A DNA stretch of 32,000 nt from Candidatus Saccharimonadota bacterium (GCA_963677105.1 OY781871.1:420001-452000); one strand, 5' to 3'; positions 15,916 through 26,527 are shown, numbered from the stretch's first letter. Made by a program: numbers and translations. The notes: a model not told the origin generated them from the letters alone.

Positions 15916-18519
15916 CTATTTCTTTTTTGGAATTTTTTCCTCTTTCTTTTCTTCTTCTTTTTCTGCCTCAAGGATTAATGAAATAGATGAAATTTTATTT
16001 CCTGCTCCTGGACGCATCAATATTACTCCTTGAGTAGACCTTCCTGACGTTTTTACTCCATCAAGAGGCATTCTCATCGTTTGACCTTTTTCTGTAACGA
16101 GAAGAAGATCTGCAGCAAGTCCTGGTGAAATAACTCGTGCACCAGCTACTTTCCCTGTTTTTTCTGTCACATTTGCCACCTTCACTCCTGTTCCTCCTCG
16201 AGATTGCTCTCTATATAAATCCACTTTCGACATTTTCCCAAGTCCATTCTCCATTACGACAAGAAGTTTGGCTTCATCTCCACGTAATAGATCCATTTCT
16301 ACAACAGTATCATCTCCTTTCAATCGAATCCCACGAACTCCTGTGGCACTTCGTCCCATAACTCGCGCATCATTTTCGTTGAATCGAATTGATTTTCCGT
16401 CTCGTGTAACAATAAAGACGTCGTCTTCTCCACTAGAAACACGTGTCCAAAGAAGCTGTTCCCCTTCTCGCAATCCACACGCAATCAATCCGCTTCGTCG
16501 TACGTTTGTGAATTGTTCAAGCGCAACTCGTTTCACTGTTCCTCCGGTTGTACAAAAGAAAATATATTCCCCAACTGATTTTGATAGATTTAAAATTGCT
16601 GTAACTTTTTCGTCCTCTTTGAGTTGTAATAAATTAACAATTGGCGTTCCTTTTGCTATTCGACTTGCTTCTGGAATTTCATACATTGGCAAGGCAAATA
16701 CTCGTCCCACTGAAGTAAAGAACAATAAATCATTATGATTTGATCCAATTGCTGTTTTTGCAATAGTATCTTCGTCTTTTGTCTTTGCTCCAACAACTCC
16801 GACTCCACCACGTTTCTGTGATCTAAATGATGATGGCGCGATTCGTTTTATGTAATTTTGCTCTGTCAAAACTACGATCATTTCTTCATCTGGAATTGTA
16901 TCTTTGGCAGAAAATTTCCCAAGTGCATGAGGATGAACAATTGTTCGTCGTTTATTTCCATATTTTTCCGAAGCCGTTCGCATTTCTTTTTCGATAATAT
17001 CTGCCTGAATCTCTTTTGAATCCAAAATTCCTTGTAATTCCTTCATTAATTCTCGCAATGCAGCAAGTTCATCTTCTATTTTTTTGCGCTCTAATCCTGC
17101 TAATGTTTGCAAACGCATTTCTAGAATCGCTTTCGTTTGACGATCAGAAAGACCAAACTTCTTTTGTAATTTTTCACCAGCTTCTTCTTTTGTTGCTGAA
17201 GCACGAATAATTGCAATTACTTCCTCAATATTGTCCAACGCAATCATTAACCCGTCTAGAATATGGGCACGATCTTGTGCGACTTTTAGTTCAAATTCAG
17301 TTCGACGACGAATTACTACAAAACGATGATCTATAAAATGCTGAAGCACCTCTTGTAAGTTCAATAATCTCGGGTGAATTCCGTCCACCAAAGCAATCAT
17401 ATTCAAGTTGAATGACTTTTGTAATGTGGTCATCTTGAATAATTGATTCAAAATTTTCTTTGGGAAAGAGTCTTTTTTAAGCTCTATTACAATACGAATT
17501 CCTTCTCGATTTGATTCGTCTCGCAAGTCAGTGATTCCCGAAATCTTTTTATCACGAACCAGATCGGCAATTTTTACTACCAAATCAGCCTTGTTCACTT
17601 GATATGGAATTTCCGTCACAACAATAGAGAATTTCCCATTCTTCATTTCTTCAATTTGTGTTTTTGCTCGCATAACAACTCCCCCACGACCCGTTTTATA
17701 CATTTCTGCCAAACATCCTCCATCATAAATTTCTGCTGCTGTTGGAAAATCTGGTCCTTTTACATACTTTAATAAATCATCAATCGAAGCATCTGGGTTT
17801 CGAAGTAAATGTGTTGTCGCTTCAACCAACTCTCCCATATTATGTGGTGGAATATTAGTTGCCATTCCTACAGCAATTCCCATTGTTCCATTGAGCAATA
17901 ATTGTGGAAGTACACTTGGCATCACTGTTGGCTCTGTTGCCGTATTATCGTAATTCGGTCGGAAATCTACTGTTTTCTTCTCAATATCTGCAAGCATTGT
18001 TTCAGCTACACGAGTCATTCGTGCTTCTGTATAACGCATTGCTGCTGGATTATCTCCATCGATTGAACCAAAGTTACCTTGTCCGTCTACTAATGGATAA
18101 CGAAGACTGAATTCTTGCGCCATACGAACCATCGACATATACACTGCAGAATCTCCATGTGGATGATATTTCCCCAAAACAGCACCAACTACGTTGGCGG
18201 ATTTTCGGTATTTTGCTCCAGCACGAAGTCCGTTTTCATGCATTGCATATAAAATACGTCGATGCACTGGCTTCAATCCGTCTCGAACATCTGGAAGTGC
18301 TCGAGAAACAATCACACTCATCGCATACGCGATATATGAACTTTCCATGTCGGTAACAATGTCAATTGTTGATCCAGTTGGAAGAATTGGAGATGGAACA
18401 ATTGATTCTTCTTTTTTTTGTTCCTCTTCATTTTCAATATTTGACTCCTCTGGAGTTGGTGATTCTGGCTCTAGTGCCGCTGCGTCAAACAGGCTGTTTT
18501 TATTGTTTTCGTCCGTCAT
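15916..18519 (-). CDS. gyrA: DNA gyrase subunit A
   Basis: AAMRYTE active-site Tyr block, GKYHPHGD, C-terminal beta-pinwheel repeats. Acidic ~45-aa N-terminal extension and Lys/Glu tail. Confidence 0.95.
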   Translation of the reverse strand: MTDENNKNSLFDAAALEPESPTPEESNIENEEEQKKEESIVPSPILPTGSTIDIVTDMESSYIAYAMSVIVSRALPDVRDGLKPVHRRILYAMHENGLRAGAKYRKSANVVGAVLGKYHPHGDSAVYMSMVRMAQEFSLRYPLVDGQGNFGSIDGDNPAAMRYTEARMTRVAETMLADIEKKTVDFRPNYDNTATEPTVMPSVLPQLLLNGTMGIAVGMATNIPPHNMGELVEATTHLLRNPDASIDDLLKYVKGPDFPTAAEIYDGGCLAEMYKTGRGGVVMRAKTQIEEMKNGKFSIVVTEIPYQVNKADLVVKIADLVRDKKISGITDLRDESNREGIRIVIELKKDSFPKKILNQLFKMTTLQKSFNLNMIALVDGIHPRLLNLQEVLQHFIDHRFVVIRRRTEFELKVAQDRAHILDGLMIALDNIEEVIAIIRASATKEEAGEKLQKKFGLSDRQTKAILEMRLQTLAGLERKKIEDELAALRELMKELQGILDSKEIQADIIEKEMRTASEKYGNKRRTIVHPHALGKFSAKDTIPDEEMIVVLTEQNYIKRIAPSSFRSQKRGGVGVVGAKTKDEDTIAKTAIGSNHNDLLFFTSVGRVFALPMYEIPEASRIAKGTPIVNLLQLKEDEKVTAILNLSKSVGEYIFFCTTGGTVKRVALEQFTNVRRSGLIACGLREGEQLLWTRVSSGEDDVFIVTRDGKSIRFNENDARVMGRSATGVRGIRLKGDDTVVEMDLLRGDEAKLLVVMENGLGKMSKVDLYREQSRGGTGVKVANVTEKTGKVAGARVISPGLAADLLLVTEKGQTMRMPLDGVKTSGRSTQGVILMRPGAGNKISSISLILEAEKEEEKKEEKIPKKK

Positions 18520-18545
18520 TTTTTTTGTTCGAAAAAATCAGGCAA

Positions 18546-18573
18546 ATAGTAGCGATTTGAGGGAAAAATGCAA
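18546..18573 (-). promoter_or_regulatory. Candidate promoter of gyrA (with 5' UTR)
   Basis: TTGCAT (18573-18568), 16 nt, TACTAT (18551-18546), 26 nt to ATG 18519. Confidence 0.4.
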
Positions 18574-18695
18574 AAGAAAACTCCATATATTATGGTTCAT
18601 TTATTCTTTCATTTCTTTTACGTAATTCAAAAACTTTAGGACTTGTTGTTTGATGTTTTAGCTACATAATTTTAAGAACTAAATCGCCAATATTT

Positions 18696-19937
18696 TTAGC
18701 TCGTTTGATGCGCCTTCACTACCTTTTTTGTTCCACGTAATATTTTTGCTGGCCATGCTCTATATTCTGAAATAAATTCATCTCGACGTGTTTTCCCGTT
18801 GTGAGAAATATATCGCCACCATTCTGTTCGAAACCCGTTATGTTGTGGGGAAATTATTTCCGTTTCACCTTCTGGTAAATCTTCACTTGCATACACAATT
18901 GGTGTTGGTGCTTTTTTGAAATCAGTAATAAACGGTCCTTCTAGTTGAACTTTTCGTCCATCAGCTGCCCCGTAAAAAATGAAAAACAAATTATCATCTT
19001 CCGTAAAAGTTTGAATCAAGAGATCGCCTTCTGTGTCATTTGTGAATCGAAAATCGAGTTGTCCGAGATAAATTGCGGCATCAAGTCCATATGGTTTATA
19101 ATACGGAACCGCATAAGAATGAGATCGTCGTGATTTAATAGGAAATCCACCAGAAAGCGCAGCACGAAAAGCTGTCGTTGAAACCTGACACACTCCTCCT
19201 CCTTGCTCTTTTTCTGTCTCATTTCCTTTGATCACCAATTCTGGAACAAATCCACTTGATAAATCTACATCTTCCAATATCTCATTGAAAGAAAATCTTG
19301 CTCCTCTTGGGACTATGGCTCCATTAAATTTAGCCGCTCCTGTTTTTATATTTTTACGACGTGCCACTGAAGATCCACCAAAATTTGATTCTCCAACTGC
19401 AATAATTTCTCGAATTCCTCTCTCTTTTAATTCTTCTGCAATTGTTACGGGAGAAAAAATCTTTCGTGCTGGAACTCGCACATTCGTACGATTATTTTCA
19501 ATCGCTGTATCGAGCAAAGAAATAAGTCGTTCAATATTTATTTCATAGCCATCACGAGGAGTTCCTTCAAATACAATATTTTTCTTTTCGTCAAAAGAAA
19601 TTTTTACCGCTGTCTGCTTTGGTGCTCGAACAATAGACATCTCAGATAAAACTGCATGTAAATTTTCTGGTGAAATTCGTGTTACAAATTCTGTTTCAAT
19701 ATCAAAAAGTTCCTCAGCCGGAGGCAATTCTCCTCGCAAATTTAGTGGCATTTTTAAGTCTCCTATTCGCAAAAAATGTATTGGTGTTTGTTGCAACAGT
19801 TCTGGCTGAACTTGAAAATCAAGAGTAATAGCTCGATCATCAAAAATAAGTGTAATTGGATCTGGAACTTTTGCCGCCATAACACAGGTCGTTATGAAGA
19901 GAGAAAAGGTAGCTACAGCAAATAATTTCAATTTCAT
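18696..19937 (-). CDS. VanW-family protein with N-terminal signal/anchor
   Basis: Hydrophobic N-terminus MKLKLFAVATFSLFITTCVMA. VanW-type core GGGVCQVSTTAFRAALSGGFPIKSRRSHSY. Confidence 0.8.
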   Translation of the reverse strand: MKLKLFAVATFSLFITTCVMAAKVPDPITLIFDDRAITLDFQVQPELLQQTPIHFLRIGDLKMPLNLRGELPPAEELFDIETEFVTRISPENLHAVLSEMSIVRAPKQTAVKISFDEKKNIVFEGTPRDGYEINIERLISLLDTAIENNRTNVRVPARKIFSPVTIAEELKERGIREIIAVGESNFGGSSVARRKNIKTGAAKFNGAIVPRGARFSFNEILEDVDLSSGFVPELVIKGNETEKEQGGGVCQVSTTAFRAALSGGFPIKSRRSHSYAVPYYKPYGLDAAIYLGQLDFRFTNDTEGDLLIQTFTEDDNLFFIFYGAADGRKVQLEGPFITDFKKAPTPIVYASEDLPEGETEIISPQHNGFRTEWWRYISHNGKTRRDEFISEYRAWPAKILRGTKKVVKAHQTS

Positions 19938-19949
19938 AACTAATTATTT

Positions 19950-21779
19950 TCAAGTAAGGTATTGTAAAAATTCTTCACGAGACATTGTTTCTTTCTCTAA
20001 TAAATCAGTCGCGATCTTTTTCAATAATTTTTCATTTTTCTTCAAAATTTCTTCACATCGTTTTTCTGATTCTTCCACCAGGATTTGAACTTCTCTGTCA
20101 ATCTCACGTGCTGTATCTTGAGAAAATTCTTTTTCTGTGAGCTCGAAAACATTCTTTGATGGATTTTTTTCGGCAAACACAACTGATCCCAAGGCTTTTC
20201 CTCCCATTCCATAAGTCATTATCATTGCTCGTGCAATACGTGAAATACGTGCTAAATCATTTGATGCACCTGTTGTTGTTTGACCAAAAATAAGTCGTTC
20301 TGCAACACGTCCTCCATGAAGAGATACCATTTCATCTTTCATTTTTTGCTCAGACTGAAGATACAGATCTTGTTCTGGTAAAAACCAAGTCACTCCAAGT
20401 GCGCTTCCGCGGGAAATAACTGATATCTTGTGGACAGGATCACAATTTTCAGTGAAATGTCCTGCAATAGCGTGTCCTACTTCATGATGTGCAATAATTT
20501 GTTTTTCGTCATCAGTAATTTTCCTACTTCTTCTGGCTGGACCCATAGCAACTTTTTCTACAGAATCATCTAAGTTTTTTTGAGAAATGGCTGATGAACA
20601 GTCTTTGACTGCTGCAATTGCTGCTTCGTTTAAAACATTTTCTAAATCTGCACCCGAAAATCCTACCGTTTTACTGGCAACCGATTTAAAATCTATTTTT
20701 GAATCAAACTTTTTATTTTTCGCGTGAACCATGAGAATTTGTAATCTCGCCTCCATATCTGGCAAATCAATATGCACTCGACGATCAAACCTTCCTGGAC
20801 GCAACAAAGCTTGATCTAAAACGTCTGGTCGATTCGTTGCAGCAAGAACAATCACATTTGTTCCTGGCTCAAATCCATCCATTTCTGTTAAAATTTGATT
20901 TAATGTCTGCTCTCGTTCATCGTGTCCACCTCCCGCTCCTTGTCCTCGTTTTTTCCCGATTGCATCAATTTCGTCGATAAAAATTAAACACGGCGCGTTT
21001 CGTTTTGCTGTTTTAAATAAATCACGAACACGAGACGCTCCTACTCCCACAAACATTTCCACAAATTCTGATCCAGAAACATTAAAGAATGGAACCCCAG
21101 CTTCTCCTGCAATCGCACGAGCCAAAAGCGTTTTTCCTGTTCCCGGAGGACCAACAAGTAAAATCCCTTTCGGAATTTTTGCTCCCATTTTTTGATATTT
21201 TTTTGGATTCTTTAAGAAATCAATTACCTCGAAAGTTTCTTCTTTTGCTTCTTGTACTCCAGCAACATCTGCAAATTTCGTTGTATGCTTCTTGCTGTCA
21301 TACACTCGCGCTTTGGATTTCCCAAACCCGAAAGGCCCACCTTCTCCGCCACCTGAACCACCAACTTTTCGAAAAAGAAATAGTAATAATATAACGAGAA
21401 GCAACAGGGGAATTGCTCCAACCAATAAATTAGCCCAAAATTTTGATCCTGTTGTGTCAATTATTTCGACTTTCGCTCGCTTCAATGGATCATTTAATCC
21501 TAGATCAATAATCGTTACGCTATCTTCTTTTATGGAACGATATTTTGCACCATCGAACGTTTCGGCTTCAACTGCATTATCTTCTATTTTTATTGTTTTC
21601 AATTCGTCAGCTTGATACTTTTCAACCAATTCCGTAATGGTAATTTTCTCTGATTTTTTAGGAAAGAGTTCTAAATCGGGTTTTGAAAAAAGCATTAATG
21701 CCGCACCAGCAAGTGCGATCAACATTAATATTACAAACGGATTTCGTTTTTGCGTGTTCTTCGGGTGATATTTTGGCAT
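19950..21779 (-). CDS. ftsH: ATP-dependent zinc metalloprotease FtsH
   Basis: Two N-terminal TM helices, Walker [12 protein letters not shown] region, HEVGHA zinc motif. Confidence 0.95.
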   Translation of the reverse strand: MPKYHPKNTQKRNPFVILMLIALAGAALMLFSKPDLELFPKKSEKITITELVEKYQADELKTIKIEDNAVEAETFDGAKYRSIKEDSVTIIDLGLNDPLKRAKVEIIDTTGSKFWANLLVGAIPLLLLVILLLFLFRKVGGSGGGEGGPFGFGKSKARVYDSKKHTTKFADVAGVQEAKEETFEVIDFLKNPKKYQKMGAKIPKGILLVGPPGTGKTLLARAIAGEAGVPFFNVSGSEFVEMFVGVGASRVRDLFKTAKRNAPCLIFIDEIDAIGKKRGQGAGGGHDEREQTLNQILTEMDGFEPGTNVIVLAATNRPDVLDQALLRPGRFDRRVHIDLPDMEARLQILMVHAKNKKFDSKIDFKSVASKTVGFSGADLENVLNEAAIAAVKDCSSAISQKNLDDSVEKVAMGPARRSRKITDDEKQIIAHHEVGHAIAGHFTENCDPVHKISVISRGSALGVTWFLPEQDLYLQSEQKMKDEMVSLHGGRVAERLIFGQTTTGASNDLARISRIARAMIMTYGMGGKALGSVVFAEKNPSKNVFELTEKEFSQDTAREIDREVQILVEESEKRCEEILKKNEKLLKKIATDLLEKETMSREEFLQYLT

Positions 21780-21802
21780 AAGTATTGGAAAAAATCATTC
21801 GC

Positions 21803-21830
21803 AGTGTACGCCATGTCTTAATTTTTTCAA
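21803..21830 (-). promoter_or_regulatory. Candidate internal promoter for ftsH
   Basis: TTGAAA (21830-21825, overlapping the def stop), 16 nt, TACACT (21808-21803), 23 nt to ATG 21779. Confidence 0.35.
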
Positions 21831-22303
21831 CTTTTCCTATAGTCAGTAAAGAGCTTCCCATCAAGATGGTCTATTTCATGAAGAAATATTCGTGCATCCC
21901 ACTTTCCGAGTTTTCGTTCATGCCACTTTCCTCCTACGTCTTGCCATCGTACTTGCACGCGAGAAGCTCGTACCACTTTTTCAAAAACTCCCGGCAAAGA
22001 CAAACATCCTTCTTCCATTGAAACTTTCTGTGGAGAATCCCATGTAATTTCTGGATTAATCATGGGAACGACTTTTTGTTCTTTTTTTTCTCCTACATTA
22101 AATGTTACCAAAATAATTCGTCGTGTATCTCCTACTTGATTCGCTGCTAATCCTACTCCACGAATTCCTGTTTCTGGATCTTCCATCTGCATTGTCTCCT
22201 TCATTTCAACAACGAATTTCTGTAAGTCTGAGTCAAAACTCACTACTTCACGACAATGTGTGCGAAGAATTTTATTTTCAGTACCCGTTTCCATCGTTAA
22301 CAT
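21827..22303 (-). CDS. def: Peptide deformylase
   Basis: GVGLAANQVG, EGCLSLPG, HEIDHL motifs. Confidence 0.93.
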   Translation of the reverse strand: MLTMETGTENKILRTHCREVVSFDSDLQKFVVEMKETMQMEDPETGIRGVGLAANQVGDTRRIILVTFNVGEKKEQKVVPMINPEITWDSPQKVSMEEGCLSLPGVFEKVVRASRVQVRWQDVGGKWHERKLGKWDARIFLHEIDHLDGKLFTDYRKS

Positions 22304-22311
22304 TTATGCTC

Positions 22312-22339
22312 TTTATAAAAAATTTTCAAAATACTGCAA
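22312..22339 (-). promoter_or_regulatory. Candidate promoter of def (leaderless geometry)
   Basis: TTGCAG (22339-22334), 16 nt, TATAAA (22317-22312), 8 nt, ATG 22303. Confidence 0.4.
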
Positions 22340-22345
22340 TATTTC

Positions 22346-23347
22346 TTACCGCAAATTTCCAAATACTCGAGAAGAAGCCACCGTTTGTTGTGTCAACTCA
22401 ATTGCGTTTCCTGATCTCACTCCGAAATCTTCTGGTCGTCTCAATTTCGTATTTAAACGAAGGAAAACATGCGGCTGTATTTGTACGTCAGGATTTCTGT
22501 AATTGAGAAATGGCTCTCGATCTGGTCCCGGAATAAATTCAAATGACGTCACTTCTATTGCTTTTGGCGAAATATTTGTCCAATCGTGACCTCTTGTACA
22601 AGATTTTTCATCTGATGCACGTAACACTGTCCCCGATATTGGTGGTGTTGTAAAACTCGCTTCTTCATACGCTCTACACGTCCCATTTCCACCATTGCTC
22701 CATTGAAGAAATGCGCTCCAATTGTCTGATTTTCCATCTTCTGTGACATCAACTCCTAATTGCCGTTGCATTTGCAATCGATCTCCATCTAATCTGATCG
22801 CCGTACGTTCAGTTCGTTCTTCATTAATAAGATAGAGTTCTGTCGGAGTTCCATGAAATGCCTGTGAACAAAGGTCGATCTCGTCTAGAGAACCACTTAC
22901 AAATTTTTTTCCTCCCAAGTTTCGATATCGCTCAATAGCGCCATCTGCAATATTCCATACAAATATATTCTCATATCCAATTGCTGCACGATTTTCTGGA
23001 GTGTTGTCAAAATCTGTAAGGTCCACAGGATCTGCTTCTCCATCACGAAGAGTATATGGAATCTGTCTTACTTCAAAACCAGGACATATCGCCGCATCTG
23101 AATCTGGACCAATTTCGATAAAAAAACGATCGTAATCAATTGTATTGTTTCGAACCAATTGCGTAATTCGCTCCATTAAAAATCGAGATTCAGAAGCGAA
23201 ACTCTGCGTTGCGTTAATTTTTTTTTGAGAAAAATAAATATTCCCCAAAGAAATAAACATTCCTGATAATACCAGTGAAGAAATCGTACTTGCGATTATC
23301 AATTCCACCAGCGTCATTCCTCGAAAACGATAATTTAATTTTTTCAT
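22346..23347 (-). CDS. Type IV minor pilin/pseudopilin, PilW-like
   Basis: Class III signal MKKLNYRFRG|MTLVELIIASTISSLVL (G-1, E+5). 333 aa. Third gene of the pilin operon, directly abutting the upstream gene. Confidence 0.75.
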   Translation of the reverse strand: MKKLNYRFRGMTLVELIIASTISSLVLSGMFISLGNIYFSQKKINATQSFASESRFLMERITQLVRNNTIDYDRFFIEIGPDSDAAICPGFEVRQIPYTLRDGEADPVDLTDFDNTPENRAAIGYENIFVWNIADGAIERYRNLGGKKFVSGSLDEIDLCSQAFHGTPTELYLINEERTERTAIRLDGDRLQMQRQLGVDVTEDGKSDNWSAFLQWSNGGNGTCRAYEEASFTTPPISGTVLRASDEKSCTRGHDWTNISPKAIEVTSFEFIPGPDREPFLNYRNPDVQIQPHVFLRLNTKLRRPEDFGVRSGNAIELTQQTVASSRVFGNLR

Positions 23348-24019
23348 TTAATAAGAATCTCTTCCAAGGTAATCATATAAATAAGTCTCCAAATCAAGGG
23401 AACGAACTCCTTTTCCTTCTGCCCATTGTGTTCTCACAAGAACACGTAATCGTACGTCTTTCGGACAATCAATCCAATCACAAGCCGGATCAATCCAAGT
23501 ATCTTCAGGTGTTAACTGAACTTGTCGATAAAAAGGTGTTTTTTCTCCTACTGAATTATGTGAAAAACGTCCAGCACTAGCTCCTTGATACAAGCGAAAT
23601 TCTTCTGCTGGCAACGTATCTTCTGCCGTAAGTGTTGACATCATGTTTTTAAGAAAATACCGTCCATTCGTGTCAGAAAATTCTACTCTATAAACATCAT
23701 CTGTAATAATTGGTATTGTGCTATCACTACACGCATTCAAGGTGGTAGCATTCGTTGTCGTGTCTAAACACAACCATTTGTTTCGTCGATCTCCGGAGTA
23801 TTTCAACCAATTTGTATCACGAATATTTCGCACAGCTTCAACTCCCTCTCTCGCAATATTAAGTGCAACAACTCGATTCACTGCATTCACATTTGTTGAA
23901 CTTGCGCGAGCAATAATTCCAAAAACACTTGAGAGAATCATTGTCAAAACTGTTATCGCAATGACAACCTCTACAAGAGATTCTCCTGAAAAATGAAACC
24001 TTTTTAATTGTCGTTGCAT
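23348..24019 (-). CDS. Type IV minor pilin/pseudopilin, PilV-like
   Basis: MQRQLKRFHFSG|ESLVEVVIAITVLTMIL, a prepilin-type N-terminus with E+5 but unusual Glu at +1. Overlaps the upstream gene by 16 nt. Confidence 0.7.
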   Translation of the reverse strand: MQRQLKRFHFSGESLVEVVIAITVLTMILSSVFGIIARASSTNVNAVNRVVALNIAREGVEAVRNIRDTNWLKYSGDRRNKWLCLDTTTNATTLNACSDSTIPIITDDVYRVEFSDTNGRYFLKNMMSTLTAEDTLPAEEFRLYQGASAGRFSHNSVGEKTPFYRQVQLTPEDTWIDPACDWIDCPKDVRLRVLVRTQWAEGKGVRSLDLETYLYDYLGRDSY

Positions 24020-24546
24020 TCGTCAGAAGAAATAAATGGATATGATGATATTCGAGAAAAACAAATCGTGCTCTCTTTTCCCGCTCCTGCTGAATTTAAT
24101 TTTATACGTGCCCATTTGGGAGTATATGTAGTTCCAATTCTTGATTGTGTACCACCTGGGAAAATAAAAATCCGAAGCGGAACTTCTGACCACCAATTCC
24201 CAGCTCCTAATACTGCTGCTTGCTCAAGTGTGATATTGGCATTTGATTCCCACGGGAAAGTCTCAACCGTTATTTCCGTTGAATCTTCTTGCGTACACAG
24301 AATAGACATTTCCGAGGACGTTACTTGCGCTATCCAATTCGCAGCAACTTCTCCATCACAATCTTTCTCAGCCAGCGCCATTGATCGTACATCCGAAATG
24401 AGTTCGAGCGTTCTTTGTGTATCATTTTCAAGGTTTTGTTGATTTCTCCACTGTGAAAATGTTGGCGCAGCAACTCCCGCCATAATTCCTATGAGCGTAA
24501 CTGCCACAAAAAGCTCCACTAATGTAAATCCTGAACATTTTTGCAT
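24004..24546 (-). CDS. Type IV minor pilin, FimT/GspH-like
   Basis: MQKCSG|FTLVELFVAVTLIGIMAGVAAP, a canonical prepilin cleavage/methylation motif with a 6-aa leader. ATG 24546 chosen because the track's TTG 24582 coincides with a -35 box. Confidence 0.75.
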   Translation of the reverse strand: MQKCSGFTLVELFVAVTLIGIMAGVAAPTFSQWRNQQNLENDTQRTLELISDVRSMALAEKDCDGEVAANWIAQVTSSEMSILCTQEDSTEITVETFPWESNANITLEQAAVLGAGNWWSEVPLRIFIFPGGTQSRIGTTYTPKWARIKLNSAGAGKESTICFSRISSYPFISSDECNDN

Positions 24547-24553
24547 CACAAAA

Positions 24554-24582
24554 ATACTAACGGTCTCCTCCTTGAGTTGCAA
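24554..24582 (-). promoter_or_regulatory. Candidate promoter of the minor-pilin operon (leaderless geometry)
   Basis: TTGCAA (24582-24577), 17 nt, TAGTAT (24559-24554), 7 nt, ATG 24546. Confidence 0.45.
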
Positions 24583-24614
24583 ATTTCTTCACGCGTTCCA
24601 GCTTGTACGAATGG

Positions 24615-24636
24615 GATACAAAGTGAAAAGTACAAA
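24615..24636 (-). repeat. Heptad-phased TTTGTAn motif, copy F
   Basis: Minus strand reads TTTGTACTTTTCACTTTGTATC, 18/22 identical to 15877-15898. Oriented toward the pilin operon. Confidence 0.55.
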
Positions 24637-24677
24637 CTAAAAATCGAAAACAGCGTTTCCATATTTGATATTTGTGT

Positions 24678-24694
24678 TTTGTAATTTGAACTTT
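24678..24694 (+). repeat. Heptad-phased TTTGTAn motif, copy C
   Basis: TTTGTAATTTGAACTTT, 16/17 identical to the 15891 and 26935 copies. Oriented toward lepA and contains its candidate -35. Confidence 0.6.
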
Positions 24695-24713
24695 CAATCT
24701 TTTTCGCTACACT
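24686..24713 (+). promoter_or_regulatory. Candidate promoter of lepA (leaderless geometry)
   Basis: TTGAAC (24686-24691), 16 nt, TACACT (24708-24713), 8 nt, ATG 24722. Confidence 0.45.
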
Positions 24714-24721
24714 CCGCCTCG

Positions 24722-26527
24722 ATGAAAGACATACGAAATTTCTGCATTATTGCACACATTGATCATGGAAAATCAACGCTTGCTGACAGATTTTTAGTAA
24801 AAACTGGAACTATTGCTGAACGAGACATGATTCGTGGACAAATGCTCGACACGATGGAACTCGAACAAGAACGCGGAATTACTATTAAACTGCAACCTGT
24901 TCGTATGAACTGGAAGGGAACTCAGTTAAATCTAATTGATACTCCTGGACACGTAGATTTCAGTTATGAAGTAAGTCGAAGTTTGGCTGCTTGTGAAGGA
25001 GCAATTCTTGTTGTAGATGCAACTCAAGGAGTAGAAGCTCAAACATTGGCAAATGTTTTTCTTGCAATGGAGCAAGGATTAACGGTTATTCCTGTGTTAA
25101 ATAAAATAGATCTTCCAGCAGCAGAACCTGAAAGACGCGCACAAGAAGTAGAGAATCTACTGGGATTTCCTGCAGAAGATATTTTACAAATTTCTGCCAA
25201 AACTGGTTTTGGAGTAGATGAACTTCTTGATTCCGTGATAGAAAAAATTCCCGCGCCAACCAAAAATGAAATTTTTGCAAATCATGCAGAAATTTTTGAA
25301 GATGGAGATACTCGCGCACTTATTTTTGATTCCACATTTGATCAATATCGTGGAGTAGTAAGCTCCGTTCGTGTATTTTCTGGAGAATTAAAAGCAGGAC
25401 GAAAAGTAAAACTTCTTCGTGCTGGAATTGAATTATTACCAACGGAAGTTGGATTTTTGAATCCTGGATACGAATCAACTTCATCTTTGAAAACGGGAGA
25501 AGTTGGATATGTTGTCACGGGATTAAAAAATGTAATTGATGCACGAGTTGGAGACACAATGTGGACAGGAAAAAACACGGAAGCAAAACCTTTGCCTGGA
25601 TATTCTGAACCCATTCCGTTTGTATTTGCTGGAATTTATCCTATTTCTGGAGACGATTTTGCTCTTTTGCGAAAAGCTATCGAAAAACTGACTCTAAATG
25701 ACGCTTCTCTCGTCTATTCTCCGGAAGTTTCTTCCGCTCTTGGAAATGGATTTCGTGTTGGATTTTTAGGATTATTGCACCTCGATATTATTCGAGAAAG
25801 ACTCGAACGAGAATTTGATCTTGATATCCTTATAACTGCTCCATCTGTTGCATATGAAATTGTAAAAAATGATGGTTCTATTGAAAAAATTTCGAATCCA
25901 TCAGAACTTCCTGATGGAAGTTTTTATACTGAATTACGCGAACCTTGGGCAAAAATAACTATTTTCTGTCCGGCAGACCAGGTCGGAGCTGTTATGAAAT
26001 TGTGTACTGATCGTCGTGGAATGCATAAAAATCTGCAATATCCTGACCCGGAACGAGTAGAATTAATTTTCGAAATTCCAATTGCATCAATCGTTACTGA
26101 TTTTTACGATGACTTGAAATCAATTAGTTCTGGATATGCTTCAATGTCGTACGAACCAATTGAAATGCGTGCTGGAAACTTGGCACGAATGGATGTTCTT
26201 GTCGCTGATGATCGAGTAGATGCGTTAAGTCAGATTGTATTCCGTCCAGATGCTGCAAAAATCGGAGGACGATGGTGCGAGAAACTCAAGGGAATTATTC
26301 CAAAAGCATTATTTGCTATTAAAATTCAAGCCGCAATTGGAGGAAAAATTGTCGCTCGTGAAACTATAAGTGCGATGCGAAAAGACGTAACAGCCAAACT
26401 TTACGGTGGTGATGTAACGCGGAAAAACAAACTTTTAAAAAAACAGGCGAAAGGAAAAAAACGATTAAAGCAATTTGGAAGTGTAACGATTCCGCAAGAT
26501 GCATTCTTTGCGATGATGAAGAAATAA
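24722..26527 (+). CDS. lepA: Translation elongation factor 4 (LepA)
   Basis: MKDIRNFCIIAHIDHGKSTLADR G1 motif, DTPGHVDF, NKIDL, LepA-specific C-terminal domain. ATG 24722 preferred over the track's TTG 24665. Confidence 0.95.
   Translation: MKDIRNFCIIAHIDHGKSTLADRFLVKTGTIAERDMIRGQMLDTMELEQERGITIKLQPVRMNWKGTQLNLIDTPGHVDFSYEVSRSLAACEGAILVVDATQGVEAQTLANVFLAMEQGLTVIPVLNKIDLPAAEPERRAQEVENLLGFPAEDILQISAKTGFGVDELLDSVIEKIPAPTKNEIFANHAEIFEDGDTRALIFDSTFDQYRGVVSSVRVFSGELKAGRKVKLLRAGIELLPTEVGFLNPGYESTSSLKTGEVGYVVTGLKNVIDARVGDTMWTGKNTEAKPLPGYSEPIPFVFAGIYPISGDDFALLRKAIEKLTLNDASLVYSPEVSSALGNGFRVGFLGLLHLDIIRERLEREFDLDILITAPSVAYEIVKNDGSIEKISNPSELPDGSFYTELREPWAKITIFCPADQVGAVMKLCTDRRGMHKNLQYPDPERVELIFEIPIASIVTDFYDDLKSISSGYASMSYEPIEMRAGNLARMDVLVADDRVDALSQIVFRPDAAKIGGRWCEKLKGIIPKALFAIKIQAAIGGKIVARETISAMRKDVTAKLYGGDVTRKNKLLKKQAKGKKRLKQFGSVTIPQDAFFAMMKK

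Noticed and set aside
16268-16738. Long antisense ORFs in the track, such as 16268-16738, 18194-18625, 24008-24442, 27406-27891, 181-603 and 10159-10446.
   Set aside because: Each lies entirely opposite a strongly supported conserved gene (gyrA, pilin, MgtC-like, surface protein, corA). Each has low-complexity or Ser/Phe-rich translations typical of shadow ORFs in AT-rich DNA.
15916-18519. GyrA acidic N-terminal extension (~45 aa) and the Lys/Glu C-terminal tail.
   Set aside because: These are low-complexity terminal extensions, which are common in GyrA. Nothing in the sequence supports a specific new function.
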